Assembly (NCBI GenBank): GCA_040954595.2
Contig: CM082590.2
Location: 434,001-498,000 of the forward strand
DNA length: 64,000 nucleotides
Direction: 5' to 3'
Origin: Balanoglossus misakiensis
Taxonomy: Eukaryota; Animalia; Hemichordata
Of this stretch, positions 62,409-64,000 are shown piece by piece. Within the stretch, counting starts at the first letter, position 1. Every line of letters begins with the position of its first letter. The translations under genes and the position numbers were made by a program. The notes below the pieces were generated by a model. The model worked only from the letters and a program-made list of their open reading frames with translations. It did not search any database and was not told the DNA's origin.

Positions 62409-63654
62409 TTACACCCGAGTGAGAGAGTGCACAAGGACGAGAAAAATAAAGTGCAAAAGCCAACGTGGACTATTTATTAACTAAGAACGAGAAAAGAGTT
62501 GACAAAACTGCATAAAATATTAAGCTGTACCTTGAAGTTACTACTGGCGTGGCCTCCGGCAGTACAACCCCTTGAGCGACTCCCCTTTTGGCAAAGTTAA
62601 TTTATTAACTGGTTTCAAATCAGGGGTAGTGCTGCCTGGGAATCACCGCACATACAGGTCACATTTACATACAGATAAGGTTTTCTGCAAAAGTCAAGTT
62701 TGCATGATGCGCTGTGGGGGGGGGGGGGGATTACGCAGAGGTCAACTTTGCATACCCCCCAAATCAGCCTATCCATGCCTCTAGTTTTATTTACATTTAT
62801 TAGTGTTGTACTTATAAGCGGACAATTCAAGAGAGCGTCAGTTTGCCTTCTTGCCGCCGCCGCCGCAAACTGTTTTTCCTCACCCGGCCCTCCCTTTCAT
62901 TTTATGCTTTGAGCCACTCTTGGGTGTGGGCAGGCGATTCTTAGATTTGCTTTATATTTTACTAGTTTATTGTCATGGATTTACTTTTCTGCCATTTGTA
63001 CTGACAACGATTATCAGTTGCCTTGTATGTATATTTATTTGATTGAGATTTGTACTTTTAAATTTTTCCTGCTTGATGCTGACTTGTTTTATGTTGGGGA
63101 TCTTTAGTCATTAGTTTAGTTGAGTTGTAGTTTTTATTTCTGACTTTTCCAGTGTTCTCCCCATTTACCAGCAGCAGTATCATGTCAATAGCCAGCATTT
63201 GCCTTTCAAGGGGGGGAATACTGGATTTTGTAGTTGTATTGTAGTTGATTAGGTAATTAAAACTACCCCTACTTTACCAAGACACATGTGAGTGAGTGTA
63301 TTCTGTGTGTGCGGTGTGACCCCAGGCGGCCTAACGCCCTCTATGTACGGACCCAGGATTTGAAAACATGTTTAACGGGTTAGCCTAATTCAAGTTTCAC
63401 GTTCCACAGCCCAAGATTCAGCGGTGAACTTGGATTCACGATTCACTTCCAACACTAAACTTATATTCTGATTCAGATTCGAGACTTGTCACGTCCTTTC
63501 GCCGTCTACATTGCATTCACTTGATTCAGAATATAGGAATTAGTCCTTTTGCTTTAGTTATCGATCCCAGGCCTAGGGTCTCCGACGACGACGTTCCACT
63601 AAATCCATATACCAGCCACTGCTGTGTGGGGGCGCTATTCACTGTGTCACAATG

Positions 63655-64000
63655 AACACCTATTGCCTGGCCATAAGGGCCATAGCGGCCGTTTATTACA
63701 CCCGAGGGGCTGTGAGTTACCAGAATCATATGCTATCATATGACACAATGGCCACCGCTGAAGATGTCGTCTGCCAACCTCAAGAGAAAATTGCAAGATT
63801 TTCCCAACTGTTAGCATGAGGTTTATTATAAAACACCTATAGCCTGGCCTATATCCGGGCCATAGCAGCCGTTTTTACCCCCTCGTGGCTGTGAGTTACC
63901 AGAATCATATGCTATTTCCCTCGGCCTGCGGCCTCGGGAAATAGCATATGGTTCTGGTAACTCACAGCCCCTCGGGTGTAATAAACGGCTGCTATGGCCC
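63655..64000. mobile_element. Palindromic Crypton-like element, runs off the window end
   Basis: Matches 58087-58340 in both orientations. Confidence 0.5.

Noticed and set aside
62560-62990. Possible terminal remnant of another Ngaro-like element
   Set aside because: Only a general resemblance; no coding remnant or defined boundaries.

Overview
Repeat-dense genomic DNA from an animal, most likely an invertebrate deuterostome such as a hemichordate (inferred from composition and repeat types). It is not prokaryotic. One host gene spans almost the whole window on the minus strand: a CCDC13 orthologue with 8 coding exons that I could splice by hand with consistent GT-AG phases (56140 to 6941, continuing past position 1) and a probable non-coding first exon near 60.4 kb. 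The introns are packed with nested transposable elements: a near-intact RT plus restriction-like-endonuclease non-LTR retrotransposon, a Penelope-like GIY-YIG fragment, a Tx1/L1 3' fragment with a 15-bp TSD, a decayed Gypsy pol, a Ngaro/DIRS tyrosine-recombinase retroelement, Helentron-type non-autonomous elements and many MITEs (5-bp, 9-bp, 2-bp, TA, TWA and TTAA TSD classes). There is also a 160-bp satellite of about 33 copies. The most interesting observations are: (1) the RLE retrotransposon, which has no N-terminal zinc finger and sits against (TATG)n; (2) a Penelope hammerhead ribozyme whose catalytic GAAA has been replaced by TCAT, perfecting the hairpin; (3) a satellite that appears to derive from one arm of a palindromic MITE; (4) seven distinct CAG...CTG elements with 5-bp TSDs. 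All coordinates were read by eye and no database searches were run. I cannot claim a wholly new biological system.
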